Shown here one piece after another: positions 1-17,545 of a stretch of 64,000 bases of DNA (its first letter is position 1; every line of letters starts with the position of its first letter). Under the pieces are notes generated by a model that saw only the letters and a list, made by a program, of their open reading frames with translations, was not told where the DNA came from and made no database searches. The translations under genes were made by a program, and so were the position numbers. Source of the stretch: the human T2T-CHM13v2.0 reference genome, Homo sapiens; assembly GCF_009914755.1 (NCBI RefSeq), contig NC_060933.1; one strand, written 5' to 3'.

Positions 1-294
1 AAAATCATCAAAGGCTTAATAGTGAGGTGGCTTAAAAATAAATTTACAATGCAAATTGAGACATACTTTGCTTACATTAAAATGCACACATCTCAAGTTT
101 ACAGCTTGAACTTTTTTTTTTTTGAGACAGGGTCTTGCTCTGTCATTCCAGCTGGAGTGCAGAGGTGTGTGATCGCAACTCTCTACAGCCTTGACCTCTG
201 AGCCTCAAGCAATCCTTCTACCTCAGCCTCCTGAGTAGCTGGGACCACAGGTATGCAAAACCACACCTGGCTAATTTATTTTTTATTAATTTAA

Positions 295-588
<294 letters not shown>

Positions 589-691
589 TATTTTTATTTT
601 TTGTAGAGATGGGGCCTCCCTCTGTTGCCCAGGCTGGTCTTGAACTCCTGAGCTCAAGAAATCCTCCTGCCTCTGTTTCCCAAAGTGCCAC

Positions 692-2177
692 TGTGTCCGG
701 AATTGGTGGGTTCTTGGTCTCACTGACTTCAAGAATGAAGCCGTGGACCCTCAAGGTGAGTGTTACAGTTCTTAAAGGCAGCATGTCCAGAGTTTGTTCC
801 TTCTGATGTTCGAATGTGTTCAGAGTTTGTTCCTTCTGGTGGGTTCGTGGTCTCACTGGCTCAGGAGTGAAGCTGTGGACCTTCGCGGTGAGGGTTACAG
901 CTCTTAAGGCGGTGCATCTGGAGTTGTTAGTTCCTCCCGGTGGGTTCGTGGTCTCGCTGGCTTCAGGAGTGAAGCTGTAGATCTTCAAGGTGAGTGTTAC
1001 AGCTCATAAAGGCAATGTGGACCCAAACAGTGAGCAGCAGCAAGATCTACTGCAAAGAGCAAAACAACAAAGCACCCACGGGTTGGAACAAGACCTTAGC
1101 AGGTTGCCACCGGGGTGCAGGCGGCCTGCTTTTAGTCTCTTATCTGGCCCCACCCACATCCTCCTGATTGGTCCATTTTACAGAGCTGATTGGTCTGTTT
1201 TACAGAGCACTGATTGGTCCGTTTTGACAGGGTGCTGATTGGTGCGTTTACAATCCCTGAGCTGGACACAAGGGTTCTCCAAGTCCCCACCAGAGTAGCC
1301 AGATACTGAGTGTCTATTGGTGCATTCACAAACCCTGAGCTAGACACAGGGTGCTGATTGGTGTGTTTACAAACCTTGAGCTAGATACAGAGTGCCCATT
1401 AGTGTATTTATAATCCCTTAGCTAGACATAGAGGTTCTCCAACTCCCCACCAGAGTAGCTAGATACGAGTGTCGATTGGTGCATTCACAAACCCTGAGCT
1501 AGACACAGGGTACTGATTGGTGTATTTACAATCCCTTAGCTAGACATAAAGGTTCTCCAAGTCCCCACGAGACGCAGGAGCCCAGCTGGCTTCATCCAGT
1601 GGATCCCGCAGCGGGGCCGCAGGTGGAGCTGCCTGCCAGTCCCGCGCCGTGCGCCTGCACTCCTCAGCCCTTGGGTGGTCGATGGGACTGGGCGCCGTAG
1701 AGCAGGGGGTGGCGCTCGACGGGGAGGCTGGGGCGGCGCAGGAGCCCACGGCGCGGGGCGGCTCAGGCATGGCGGGCTGCAGGGCCCGAACCCTGCCCCG
1801 GGGGGAGGCAGCTAAGGCCCGGCGAGAAGTCGAGCACAGCAGCTGCTAGACCAGGTGCTAAGCCCCTCACTGCCGGGGGGCCAGTGGAGCCGGCTGGCCG
1901 CTCCGAGTGTGGGGCCCGCCGAGCGCCCGCCCACCCGGAACTGGCGCCTGCTCGCAAGCACCGTGCGCAGCCCCGGTTCCCGCCTGCGCCTCTCCCTCCA
2001 CACCTCCCCGCAAGCTGAGGGAGCCGGCTCCGGCCTCGGCCAGCCCAGGAAGGGGCTCCCACAGTGCAGCGGCGGGCTGAAGGGCTCCTCAAGTCCCGCG
2101 AAAGTGGGAACTCAGGCAGACGAGGCGCCGGGAGCGAGCGAGAGCTGCGAGAACTGCCAGCACGCTGTCACCTCTCA
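692..2177 (-). mobile_element. Solo LTR12C (ERV9/HERV9 LTR)
   Basis: Reverse-complement termini TGAGAGGTGACAGCGTGCTGGC...CCAATTCCGGACACA; 4-bp TSD CCAC (688-691/2178-2181); tandem U3 and U5 repeats. Confidence 0.95.
1130..1560 (-). promoter_or_regulatory. LTR12 enhancer/promoter repeats with multiple CCAAT (NF-Y) and GATA motifs
   Basis: ATTGG (CCAAT on -) near 1167, 1189, 1213, 1238, 1316, 1356, 1475, 1516; AGATAA near 1140. Confidence 0.75.
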
Positions 2178-2329
2178 CCACGATTACAGGTGTAAGCCAC
2201 AGTACCTGGCCTACCTTGAACTTTTTTTAACCTAAAGAGGTAACTGCTAGTCTGACTTCTAGCACTGTAGATAGTTTAGCCTGTTCTTGAACTTCATACG
2301 AATGGCATCATACTATATATATTCTTTAA

Positions 2330-2608
2330 TTAATTTTTTAAAGAGACAGGGTCTCATTCTGATGCCCAGACTGGAGTGCAGTGGTGCAATCATAACTTGA
2401 GGCAGCCTTGACTTCCTGAGCTCAAGGGATCCTCCTGCCTCAGCCTCCTGAGTAGCTGGGACTACAGACACCATGCCTGGCTAATTTTAAATTTTTTTTT
2501 TTGTATAGATGGGGTCTCGCTGGTCTTGAACTCTTAGGCTCAAGTGATCCTACTGACTCAGTCTCCCAAAGTACTGAGACTACAGGCATGAGCCACCACA
2601 CCTGGCCT
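2330..2608 (-). mobile_element. AluJ
   Basis: Diverged Alu dimer with internal deletions. Confidence 0.85.
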
Positions 2609-4072
2609 ATATATAGTCTTTTAAAAGTTTCTTATTTCTTTTGCTTAACCTAATGTCTTGTGAAATTATCCACGTTGCTGTGTTTATCAGCAGTATGTTC
2701 TTTTTCAGTCCTGGGTGGCATTCTGTTGGGTAAACATACAGCAATTTGTTTATCCTTGTTTATCCTTGCTGATGGACATTTAGATTGTTTCTTGTTTGGG
2801 CTATCGTGAAAACAACTATTGTGAGTATATGATACAAGTCATTTGTGAATATAAGTCTTCCTTTCTCTTAAGTAAATATCACAAATATTTGTAATACCTA
2901 TAACTTCTAGTAGTGATAAGACAAACAACCCAGCAAGAAGGCAAAAGATTCCAGCAGACACATCATAAAAGAAGATATGCAAATAAATAATATAATTATT
3001 TACTCTAAATAAATATTTGGAGTAGAATTTCTAGATCATATGGTAGATAGGTATTTAATTTTAAGACACTGCCAAATAGTTTTCCAAAGGGGTCGTAATA
3101 TGCTGTACTTCCCTCAACAATGTATGACAGTTCTAGTGGTGCCACATCTTTGGCAACACTTGGTTCTCATACGTTTTTAATTGAGCCATTTTCCTGGTGG
3201 CTGTTAAGTGGTATCTCATTGTAATTTTAATTTTCATTTCTGTGACGACTAATGATGTTGAGTATCTTTTCATATATCATTGGTCATTTGCACATCTTCT
3301 TTTATGATGTGTCTGTTTGAATCTTTTGCCCTTTTATTGGGTTGTTTGTCTTGCCACTATTATAAGTTATAGGTATTGCAAATAGTTTCTCCTAGTCTGT
3401 GGTTTGCCCTTTTATTTTCTTAACATAACTTTGAAGAATATAATTTAAAACATTTTAATAAAGCCCAACTTACCCATTTTTCCCTTATGGTTAGTGTTTT
3501 TGTTTTTTATCCTGTCTAAAAAATTGTATTTACTGCAATGTCACAAAGATATTCTCCAGTTTTTTTCTCTAGAAGGTTTGTAGTTTTACGCTTAGGTCTC
3601 AACTCCATTTTAACTTAATTTTGGCATATCATATGCTAAGGCCATGATACAGATAGAGCCAAGGTTTCTTTCTTTCCATTTAGACATCTAGTTGCTCTAG
3701 CATCATTTGTTGAATAGACTACTCCTTCCCCAATTTAATTGCACTAGCACCTTTGTAAACAGCTAAGTGACTGGATATATGTGTGTCTATTTCTGGACTC
3801 TCCGTTATTTCACTGATTTATTTATGCTTACGACAACATCACACGGGTTTGTAGCTTTAAGTGAGTAGATAAGTAGCTATTTAGTAAGTCTTGAAAATGT
3901 TTAGTATAAGTTTTCCACCTCGGTTTTTAAAATTTTTTTGAAGATGATTTTGGCTTTTCTAGGTCTTTTGCGTTTCTGTAAAAATCTTATAATCACCTTG
4001 TCAGTTTCTATAAAAACAGCTGCTGGGATTTTGATAGGGACAGTGTTGAATCTATAGATCAAATAGGGAAGA
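2609..4072 (-). mobile_element. Old L1M (L1MB/MC-like) 3' part; continues at 10247-11510 and from 17922
   Basis: Degenerate L1 3' UTR and ORF2 C-terminal sequence that reads continuously across the younger insertions. Confidence 0.75.
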
Positions 4073-4308
4073 ACTGACATCTTTTTTTTTAAATTTTATT
4101 ATTATTATACTTTAAGTTTTAGGGTACATGTGCACAATGTGCAGGTTTGTTACATATGTATACATGTGCCATGTTGGTGTACTGCACCCATTAACTCGTC
4201 ATTTAGCATTAGATATATCTCCTAATGCTATCCCTCCCCCCTCCCCCCACCCCACAACAGTCACCGGAGTGTGATGTTCCCCTTCCTGTGTCCATGTGTT
4301 CTCATTGT

Positions 4309-8128
<3,820 letters not shown>

Positions 8129-8191
8129 TATGATGTTAGCTGGTTATTTTGCTCATTAGTTGATGCAGTTTCTTCCTAGCCTTGATGGTCT

Positions 8192-9205
8192 TTACATTTT
8201 GGCATGTTTTTGCAGTGGCTGATACCGGTTGTTCCTTTCCATGTTTAGTGCTTCCTTCAGGAGCTCTTTTAGGGCAGGCCTGGTGGTGACAAAATCTCTC
8301 AGCATTTGCTTGTCTGTAAAGGATTTTATTTCTCCTTCACTTATGAAGCTTAGTTTGGCTGGATATGAAATTCTGGGTTGAAAATTCTTTTCTTTAAGAA
8401 TGTTGAATATTGGCCCCCACTCTCTTCTGGCTTGTAGAGCTTCTGCCAAGAGATCTGCTGTTAGTCTGATGGGCTTCCCTTTGTGGGTAACCCAACCTTT
8501 CTCTCTGGCTGCCCTTAACATTTTTTCCTTCATTTCAACTTTGGTGAATCTGACAATTATGTGTCTTGGAGTTGCTCTTCTTGAGGAGTATCTCTGTGGC
8601 GTTCTCTGTATTTCCTGAATCTGAATATTGGCCTGCATTGCTAGATTGGGGAAGTTCTTCTGGGTAATGTCCTGCAGAGTGTTTTCCAACTTGGTTCCAT
8701 TCTCCCCGTCACTTTCAGGTACACCAATCAGATGTAGATTTGGTCTTTTCACATAGTCCCATATTTCTTGGAGGCCTTGTTCGTTTCTTTTTATTCTTTT
8801 TTCTCTAAACTTCCCTTCTTGCTTCATTTCATTCATTTCATCTTCCATCACTGATACCCTTTCTTCCAGTTGATTGCATTGGCTCCTGAGGCTTCTGCAT
8901 TCTTTACGTAGTTCTCGAGCCTTGGCTTTCAGCTCCATCAGGTCCTTTAAGGACTTGTCTGCATTGGTTATTCTAGTTATCCATTCATCTAATTTTTTTT
9001 CAAAGTTTTTAACTTCTTTGCCATTGGTTTGAATTTCCTCCTGTAGCTTGGAGTAGTTTGATCGTCTGAAGCCTTCTCTCAACTTGTCAAAGTCATTCTC
9101 CGTCCAGCTTTGTTCCGTTGCTGGTGAGGAGCTGTGTTCCTTTGGAGGAGGAGAGGTGCTCTGCTTTTTAGAGTTTCCAGTTTTTCTGCTCTGTTTTTTC
9201 CCCAT
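8192..9205 (-). CDS. L1 ORF1p, open reading frame (337 aa)
   Basis: MGKKQSRKTGNS...REKG...ARR...YPAKLS...HAKM with no stop codons. Confidence 0.9.
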   Translation of the reverse strand: MGKKQSRKTGNSKKQSTSPPPKEHSSSPATEQSWTENDFDKLREGFRRSNYSKLQEEIQTNGKEVKNFEKKLDEWITRITNADKSLKDLMELKAKARELRKECRSLRSQCNQLEERVSVMEDEMNEMKQEGKFREKRIKRNEQGLQEIWDYVKRPNLHLIGVPESDGENGTKLENTLQDITQKNFPNLAMQANIQIQEIQRTPQRYSSRRATPRHIIVRFTKVEMKEKMLRAAREKGWVTHKGKPIRLTADLLAEALQARREWGPIFNILKEKNFQPRISYPAKLSFISEGEIKSFTDKQMLRDFVTTRPALKELLKEALNMERNNRYQPLQKHAKM

Positions 9206-11472
9206 CTTTGTGGTTTTATCTACTTTTGGTCTTTGATGATGGTGACGTACAGATGGGTTTTTGGTGTGGATGTCCTTTCTGTTTGTTAGTTTTCCTTCTA
9301 ACAGATAGGACCCTCAGCTGCACGTCTGTTGGAGTTTGCTAGAGATCCACTCCAGATGCTGTTTGCCTGGGTATCAGCAGTGGTGGCTGCAGAACAGCGG
9401 TGGCTGTAGAACAGCGGATATTGGTGACCTGCAAATGCTGCTGCCTGATCATTCCTCTGGAAGTTTTGTCTCAGAGGAGTACCTGGCTGTGTGAGGTGTC
9501 AGTCTGCCCCTACTGGGGGGTGCCCTCCCAGTTAGGCTGCTTGGGGGTCAGGGACCCACTTGAGGAGGCAGTCTGCCCATTCTCAGATCTCAAGCTGTGT
9601 GCTGGGAGAACCAGTGCTCTCTTCCAAGCTGTCAGACAGGGACATTTAAGTCTGCAGAGGTTACTGCTGTCTTTTTGTTTGTCTGTGCCCTGCCTCCAGA
9701 GGTTGAGTCTACAGAGGCAGGCAGGCTCCACCCAGTTCGGGCTTCCTGGCTGCTTTGTTTACCTAATCAAGCCTGGGCAATGGCAGGCACCCCTCCCCCA
9801 GCCTCGCTGCTGCCTTGCAGTTTGATCTCAGACTGCTGTGCTAGCAATTAGCGAGACTCCATGGGCATAGGACCCTCCGAGCCAGGTGTGGAATATAATC
9901 TCCTGGTGTGCCATTTTTTTAAGCCCGTTGGAAAAGCGCAGTATTAGGGTGGGAGTGACCCGATTTTCCAGGTGCCATCTGTCACCCCTTTCTTTGACTA
10001 GGAAAGGGAACTCCCTGACCCCTTGCACTTCCTGAGTGAGGCAATGCCTCGCCCTGCTTCGGGTCATGCATGGTGCTCTGCACCCACTGTCCTGCACCCA
10101 CTGTTGGCACTCCTTAGTGAGATGAACCCGGTACCTCAGTTGGAAATGCAGAAATCATCTGTCTTCTGCATCGCTCACGCTGGGAGCTGTAGACCGGAGC
10201 TGTTCCTATTCAGCTATCTTGGCTCTACCCTCCAGACTGACATCTTAATATTGAGCCTTCCAGTTTAGGAGCATGGTGTATTTTTTCCTTTACTTAGGTT
10301 TTTAATCTCAGCATTGTTTTGTAGTTTTCAGTGTACAGGTTTTGTATGATTTTGTTAAATTTAGCCACAAATATTTTTTTGATGATATTGTAGATGAAAT
10401 TCTTTTTTTTTCCTACCTTCATTTTAGGTTCAAGGGGTACATGTGCAGGTTTGTTATGTGGATAAATTACTGGTTTTTTTTTTTAAATTTACTTTGGCTT
10501 GTTTTTTTTGCCTAGTATATAGAAATACGATTGACTTTTTGGATCCTGGAAACTCACTAAATTTACATATTGGCTTTAGTAGATTTTTTTTTCCTTGCAT
10601 ATTCTTTAGGCCTTTCTATGTATGATAGTGTTATCTTTGAATAAGAACAGTTTTACTCCTTTCTTTTTAACATGCATGCCTTTTTACTTCTTTTTCTTGC
10701 CATGCTGTATAGCTAGGATCTTTAGTACAATATTTAGTAGAATCAGTGAGAGAAGACACCCTTCCCTTGTTCCTATCTTAGGATGATGGCATTTAGTCTT
10801 TTGCCATTAAGTGTAATGTTAGCTGTGTTTTGTGGAATGACCTTTCATCAGTTTGAGAAAGTTGTTTTTTATTCTGAGCTTACTGACAGTTCTATTTATT
10901 GTTGTTTTTTTTTGCCATATGCTTTTTCTCCATCTATTGAGATATTAAAGTTGTTTTTCTTTTTTCCTCTATTGATATGGTAAATTACATGAATTGATTT
11001 TTAAATGTTGAACCAATTTTGCATATCTGGGATAAACCATCCTTGGACATAAGGTCTTATTCTTTCTATGTATTGTTGCATTCAATTTGATAATATTTTA
11101 AGTAGATTTTTATGTTTATATTTATGTTTTTATGTTCATTTTTATGTTTTATATATATGTTTATGTTATCAGGATAATGCTGGTCTCACAAAATGGATTG
11201 GGAAATGCCACACCTCTACTTTCTGAAAGAGTTTACATAAGGTTGGTATTATTTCTTCTTTAAATGATTAATAGAACTTATTAATGAGTAGATCAGAAAG
11301 CTGAGCGAAAAAAAAAAGAATTATTAATGAGGCCATCTGAGGATCGAGGATCTGTTTTGGGAGGGTTTTAAGTCATTAATTTGATTTTAAAAGGAGATAC
11401 AGAGTTATTTAGATTTTCTATGTTTCTTGAGTCTGTTTTCATAATTGCATCTTTCAAAGAATTTGTCCTTAG

Positions 11473-11822
<350 letters not shown>

Positions 11823-12198
11823 CCTTTATTATACTTTTTTTTGGTGAGGGGGAGACTGGAGTTTTATTATTAGTCTAGTCAGTCTCCCCAAGCATTCAAG
11901 GATCAGAGTTTTTAAGGACAACTTGGTGAGTGGGGGGAAGCCAGTGAGCTGGGAGTGCTGATTGGTTAGGTCAGAGAAGAAATCACAGGAAGTAGAAGCT
12001 GTCTTCTTGTTTTGAGTCAGTTCCTGGGTGGGGGGCCACAAGATCAGATGAGCCAGTTTATCGATCTGCGTGGTGCTAGCTAATCCATCAAGTGCAGGAT
12101 CTGTAAAATATCTCAAGCACTGATCTTATGAGCAGTTTAGGGAGGGTCAGAATATTGAAGCCTCCAGCTGCATGACTCCTAAACCATAATTTCTAATC

Positions 12199-12597
<399 letters not shown>

Positions 12598-15500
12598 TAA
12601 ACTATAAACAAAGTTCCTCCCAAAGTTAGTTGTGCCTATCCCCAGGAATGAACAAGGACAGCTTGGAAGTTAAAAACAAGATGGAGTTGGTTAGGTCACA
12701 TCTCTTTCACTGTCTCAGTTACAATTTTGCAATGGTGGTTTCAATCTCTCCTTTTGGGTTTTATAACACCTTAATCTTAAGGTGTTGGCTAAAGAAGATG
12801 GAAAAAGGGTGAAGATCGCTCTAACTTCTTTCTGCTGATAGGGCGTAGTGAGGGTAGGTGTTGATCCCAAGGTGAGAGGAGTGGAACCACTTTGCAATTG
12901 TCTGAGCATACTCATGCAGGTCTGGCTGGGGTTCCAAGGTTTGCATGGAAAAGACATTAGCATTGTCATCTATAGTTTTAGTACTGCATTTAAGGGAACA
13001 ACATACTATAAGGTAAATAATAAGTACTAGGGTAAGGAGTGCAATTCCCAGTTTTAAAAGTAAAGATTTGAAAGCATTAGTTTGGAGACTTGTAGCCCAC
13101 AAAGACTTTAGGATCTAGTCCAGACTGCAGAAAAAACTCAAGAACAGATAACAACAGGTGTACTGTAGTTTTTTTTTTAAACATAATTTTTCTGTCATCA
13201 GTTCCCATTGTTATTAAAAACAAATCATGATAGAACTGATTTGTTTGCAAAATAAACTTTAGTCTTATTATATTTGGCCTGATTATTTGCATAAAATGCA
13301 GCAAGAATAATTATTCCCACATAGGCATTTTAAATTGGCTTTGATGGAACTCTGTTTCATAAGGAATCTCAGATAAGATTTTTTAAAAGCTGAGCCCAGC
13401 CATGGGTTTGTACCCTCAAATTACTATGAGTTGGGTATATTCCTCTCCTCTTGAGGTCCTAGGATAACCTGGGGCCCTTGGGCCTCTTAAAAAGTTACAT
13501 GCTTTATTTACCACTGGTCAGAAACCCTATACAGGACTGTATAGACAAGGTATGAGGCCAGTTTTCCCAAGGGGCTTTTATTGGCTCTATAAGTCAAGTT
13601 AGATTCCTTAAAGGAAAACATGCCATTCCAGTCTTGGTAAAGTAACCAGTTTCTCCAGCTGTGTCCTGTTACAAAAGAAAGCAGATTCTTATTGCACTTA
13701 TGCAATAACTATACTGTCATAAGTTGAGAATACTCAAATAGTTTCCAAATTCTGGAGAAATCAAGTAGAGAGAAACAAATATGCTCTAAATTTTGATCAT
13801 AGAAGTATATTTTACTCAGTTGTTAAAAGCTATACATAGCTCAAAAGAAAAGTTTTCTTGGCTCTGGAAAGTAAAGGATCAGCAATATTTTTAGCAAAAA
13901 GGTCAAAGAATGATTACTTCAGTTTCCTATTAGTTTAGTCCATTCAGTTAACTCCTGTTCTGCTTGATATTCATGAACATTTCAGCTCTCCATGAGAGTC
14001 CCAAAAGTTTTTCCTCTATTCTAATGTCACAATCTCCAAAGTTATTAGAAAGCTGCATCCAAGAACACCTCTCAAAGTCCTACAGCCTATTATAAAACAC
14101 CTTTTGAAGAGGATTGTAACAAGACAAAAAATGTCTTTGGATGACAGAAAGTCTCAGGACAGCCATTATTAAAGCAATAGTTGACCAGGAATTTTGGTTA
14201 CCTCTGTGGCACACAATAATTTAACATAACAATTATCATTATTACTGATAACATATACTGAGTCATATCAGAATTGTAGGAGTTTCACATAATTTTGGAA
14301 CATATACCAATAACACATTTACACAAATAGATATAGCCCAAAGAAAGCCAAACACCATTTCATATTTGACAATGCTTCCTGTATGATTTTTATACCAAAT
14401 AAGCCAAACACATCACTTTTGGACTTCAGGGAACCTAATGTCTAAAGGATTAGTTAGATCAGAAAATGACATACTTTATAATTTGATTTTGGCAAGATTG
14501 TCAAATACCAAAGGTTTAAAACACCGAATGTCACAAAATAGGTTCGTAGGTTGTTCATTTATCCAAAGTGGTAACTCAAAAAAACTTTTTAAAAGGCAAA
14601 AATCTTTACTTTGATAGAAGAGACAAAGCTTTCCAAACAAGACTCAATGAAGTTAGCATGAGGCCAACTGAATCCTTCTCTTTTCTCTTCTCTTTTTTTT
14701 TTTCCTGCAATTTACCCAAAGGGGCAAACAAAAACCTTTCATTATCTTTTAATATTACATGAAGATCTTTTTCAAAAGAGAAAAACATATTTCATGTTTG
14801 CATTACTGCATCTTTAATGCTAAAGCTAGTTTTTAAAGAAAATTTTATAAATCTATCTAGTTTTAATTAGTTTGACCCTAAGGTAAGATTTTCGTAAACC
14901 TTTTAGAACCCTTTACAATTTTCTGTTAAACAGCAAATCAATTTTCTAAGAAAATCCTGTTATTTGGACACATGGGGCCCAGTTTCTGGCCCTGCATTAG
15001 TATGCTTTTATTTTAATGTTTGACTTACAGAAAAAAATTAAATAATCCCCTTCAAATCTTAGCCAACTTGCTCATACCCACAGAACTTTCTTTACAAGAC
15101 CAAGCCTTCACAAACTCTTTTCGCTTTGCTTAAACCTTCAGTTTTTTCCCATTACTCTTTGAGGTTAAGATGACCTTTAAAACCCTCTGAAGTAGACAAA
15201 ATTACATTCCCTTTAACAAAAGCCACATTCCCATGCCTTCTTATAACCAAAAACACATTCTACTGTCCCTACACACCTTGTATGTAAAACTGTTTCTTCA
15301 GAGTCTCAACTACATATTACAATGTTAACTATTAGCAATGTTTATTTTTGGTGAAAAACCTGGTAAGTGAGCGATTTTAATTAGGTACTAGGGATGGAAC
15401 CTAGGGCATCAGAGAGAAGTGCAGATAAGGTCTGACTCTTTCCAGCATAGCCAGAGGGTTGGGGCATGGGTGGGGCATGGCTAACTCCACATGTCCTCAG

Positions 15501-16011
15501 GCCTTATCTAGAATCTCATGCTACAAAGTAGGTAAATTGAACAATTATCAAAAGTCAAAGAAGCAGTCTATGATCTTAATGCTTTTAGCAAATCTGATAT
15601 CTGACCTTAAATTTAGACTAAATGCCTACAGTTGAAGACATTTTTATTTTACCAATAATCTTTAAAACTGTCTTTTTCCCCCCAAAATATTACTAACATC
15701 ACGTGAATAAAAAGGCATTAAAGTGTCTATTTTTCTGACAAAATATGATTTAAGCACTTATTATTCTAAATCAATTAATCAGAGGCCTTTTATATAAATA
15801 TTACACAAACAACACATAAATACACAGACGGACAGACAGAAGATCCAGCAGTTGTAAGATTTTTCATTTGCTAGTTTTTTAATTGGATTACTGGCTTCTG
15901 GTTGGAGTCCTTGGAGGAACAGGGTCAGGAAAGCATGCAGTTTCTAGGGCCTAATAAGGAGGCACAGCTGGAAGGCAAAGACAGATCCCCAAAATTAAGG
16001 GTGCCATTTTA

Positions 16012-16282
16012 ATTTTTATTTTATTTTATTTTGAGACAGAGTCTTGCTCTTTTGCCCACGATGGAGTGCAGTGGCACAATCCTGGCTCACGGCAACTTCT
16101 GCAACCTCAGGTGATTCTCATGCCTCAGCCTCCTGAGTAGCTGAGATTACAGGCACCTGCCACCATGCCCAGCTAATTTTTGTATTTTTAGTAGAGACAG
16201 GGTTTCACCATGTTGGTCAGACCAGTCTCGAACTCCTGACCTCAGGTGATCTGCCCACCTTGGCCTCCCAAAGTGCTGGGAT
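16012..16282 (-). mobile_element. 5'-truncated AluS inside the ERV internal region
   Basis: TSD AGGGTG(CC/TT)ATTTTA. Confidence 0.88.
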
Positions 16283-17289
16283 AGGGTGTTATTTTATACT
16301 GGATCCTGGATCCCCAAAAAGGAGGGAAACACTATGACAGTAGATAGTGCAGTGCTTCTACCATGCATTTCATTGCAAGGCAACCCAAAGCAAATCAGCC
16401 CATTTTGTAATTAGCCCATCCTGCATGGGAGTCTCATGTCTCAGTGGGGGTTGGGGATGTTTCCATATCTTCCAGGTGGCCAAGAGCATGCTTTTCTCTT
16501 TGAGGAGTACAAAGAGCCAAGTATCCCTCCATGACTGCCATTAGCTATACCATAAAGTATATTTCCTACCTAGTTATTACACACCAAGGAAGGCCAGAAG
16601 AATGAAGTGGTTTTTGATGGCCCTGCTTGCTGTACTATAGCTGTAGGGGTTAAGCCCCTTTACAAAAGAAAATCACCCTTTTCTGTTTTATGGAACCAGA
16701 GACAAAAGATTCTAAGTTTTGCAAGATGTTGCACAATGGGCTGCATAGAAAAGTGAATTAACATTTTCCATCCCAGCTGGAGCAAAGTACACGTAACAAA
16801 ACAGACACTAGTCACTTCATTCAGGACCCAATATCGACATGGCAAGGCTCAAACTTTCTCCCATTGGTCTCTGTTGTCCTTGGTCTACTCCAGGTGGGGA
16901 GGCATGATCTCTGAACAGTAATTCAATGGGTGGTCTCTGGGCAAGACAAAGAGTGGACAGTCACACCAAGTCAGGCCTGTTGAGCTTTCTTCAGGGCTCA
17001 CTGAATGTGACCAGTCAAGTAAGGGTGGGGGGCATTCTCAGAGTTAGGCCTGCTGGACTTCTGTCAGCAATTCCTTCTGAGATCTGCTCCACATATACAA
17101 ACACACAAAGATGAGATGAACAAAGGCCTTCCAAATCACATCTCTAGCCAAGAACTCCAAGAGTATCCCTTCTAAACTATCCTCCCATTCTCCATCTGAG
17201 AAATCTTCCCAAAATCTTCCTGATCCAGAAGTCTCCCAAACCAGGACTCTTCCTACTAGTTAGGGAGAGCCAACCAAGACCCCTCAGGA

Positions 17290-17545
17290 ACCGAACTGAG
17301 ACAGACACCCTCAATGGGGCTACAGACAAACTGAGACCTTTGAAGGAGCTGAACCGAGACAGACACCCTGTGGTGGAGCTACATTGTGGCGTGTCACCCC
17401 ACAATGAGGCTACAGACAGACACCCCACCACGGGCCCACAGAACCAGTCAGGAGAAGGAAGGAGGCATTGGCAGTGTCTAGGATACTCATCAACCCAGAC
17501 ACGCTGCAGTAGGGCTATGGACAGACACCCTGTGATAGGGCCACA
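17290..17545 (-). repeat. Tandem AGACAGACACCC...GGGCTAC repeats in the ERV leader
   Basis: About 4-5 imperfect copies downstream of the PBS. Confidence 0.7.

Noticed and set aside
1230-1560. Regularly spaced repeats that look superficially CRISPR-like
   Set aside because: These are LTR12 U3 tandem enhancer repeats with no unique spacers, in eukaryotic DNA.
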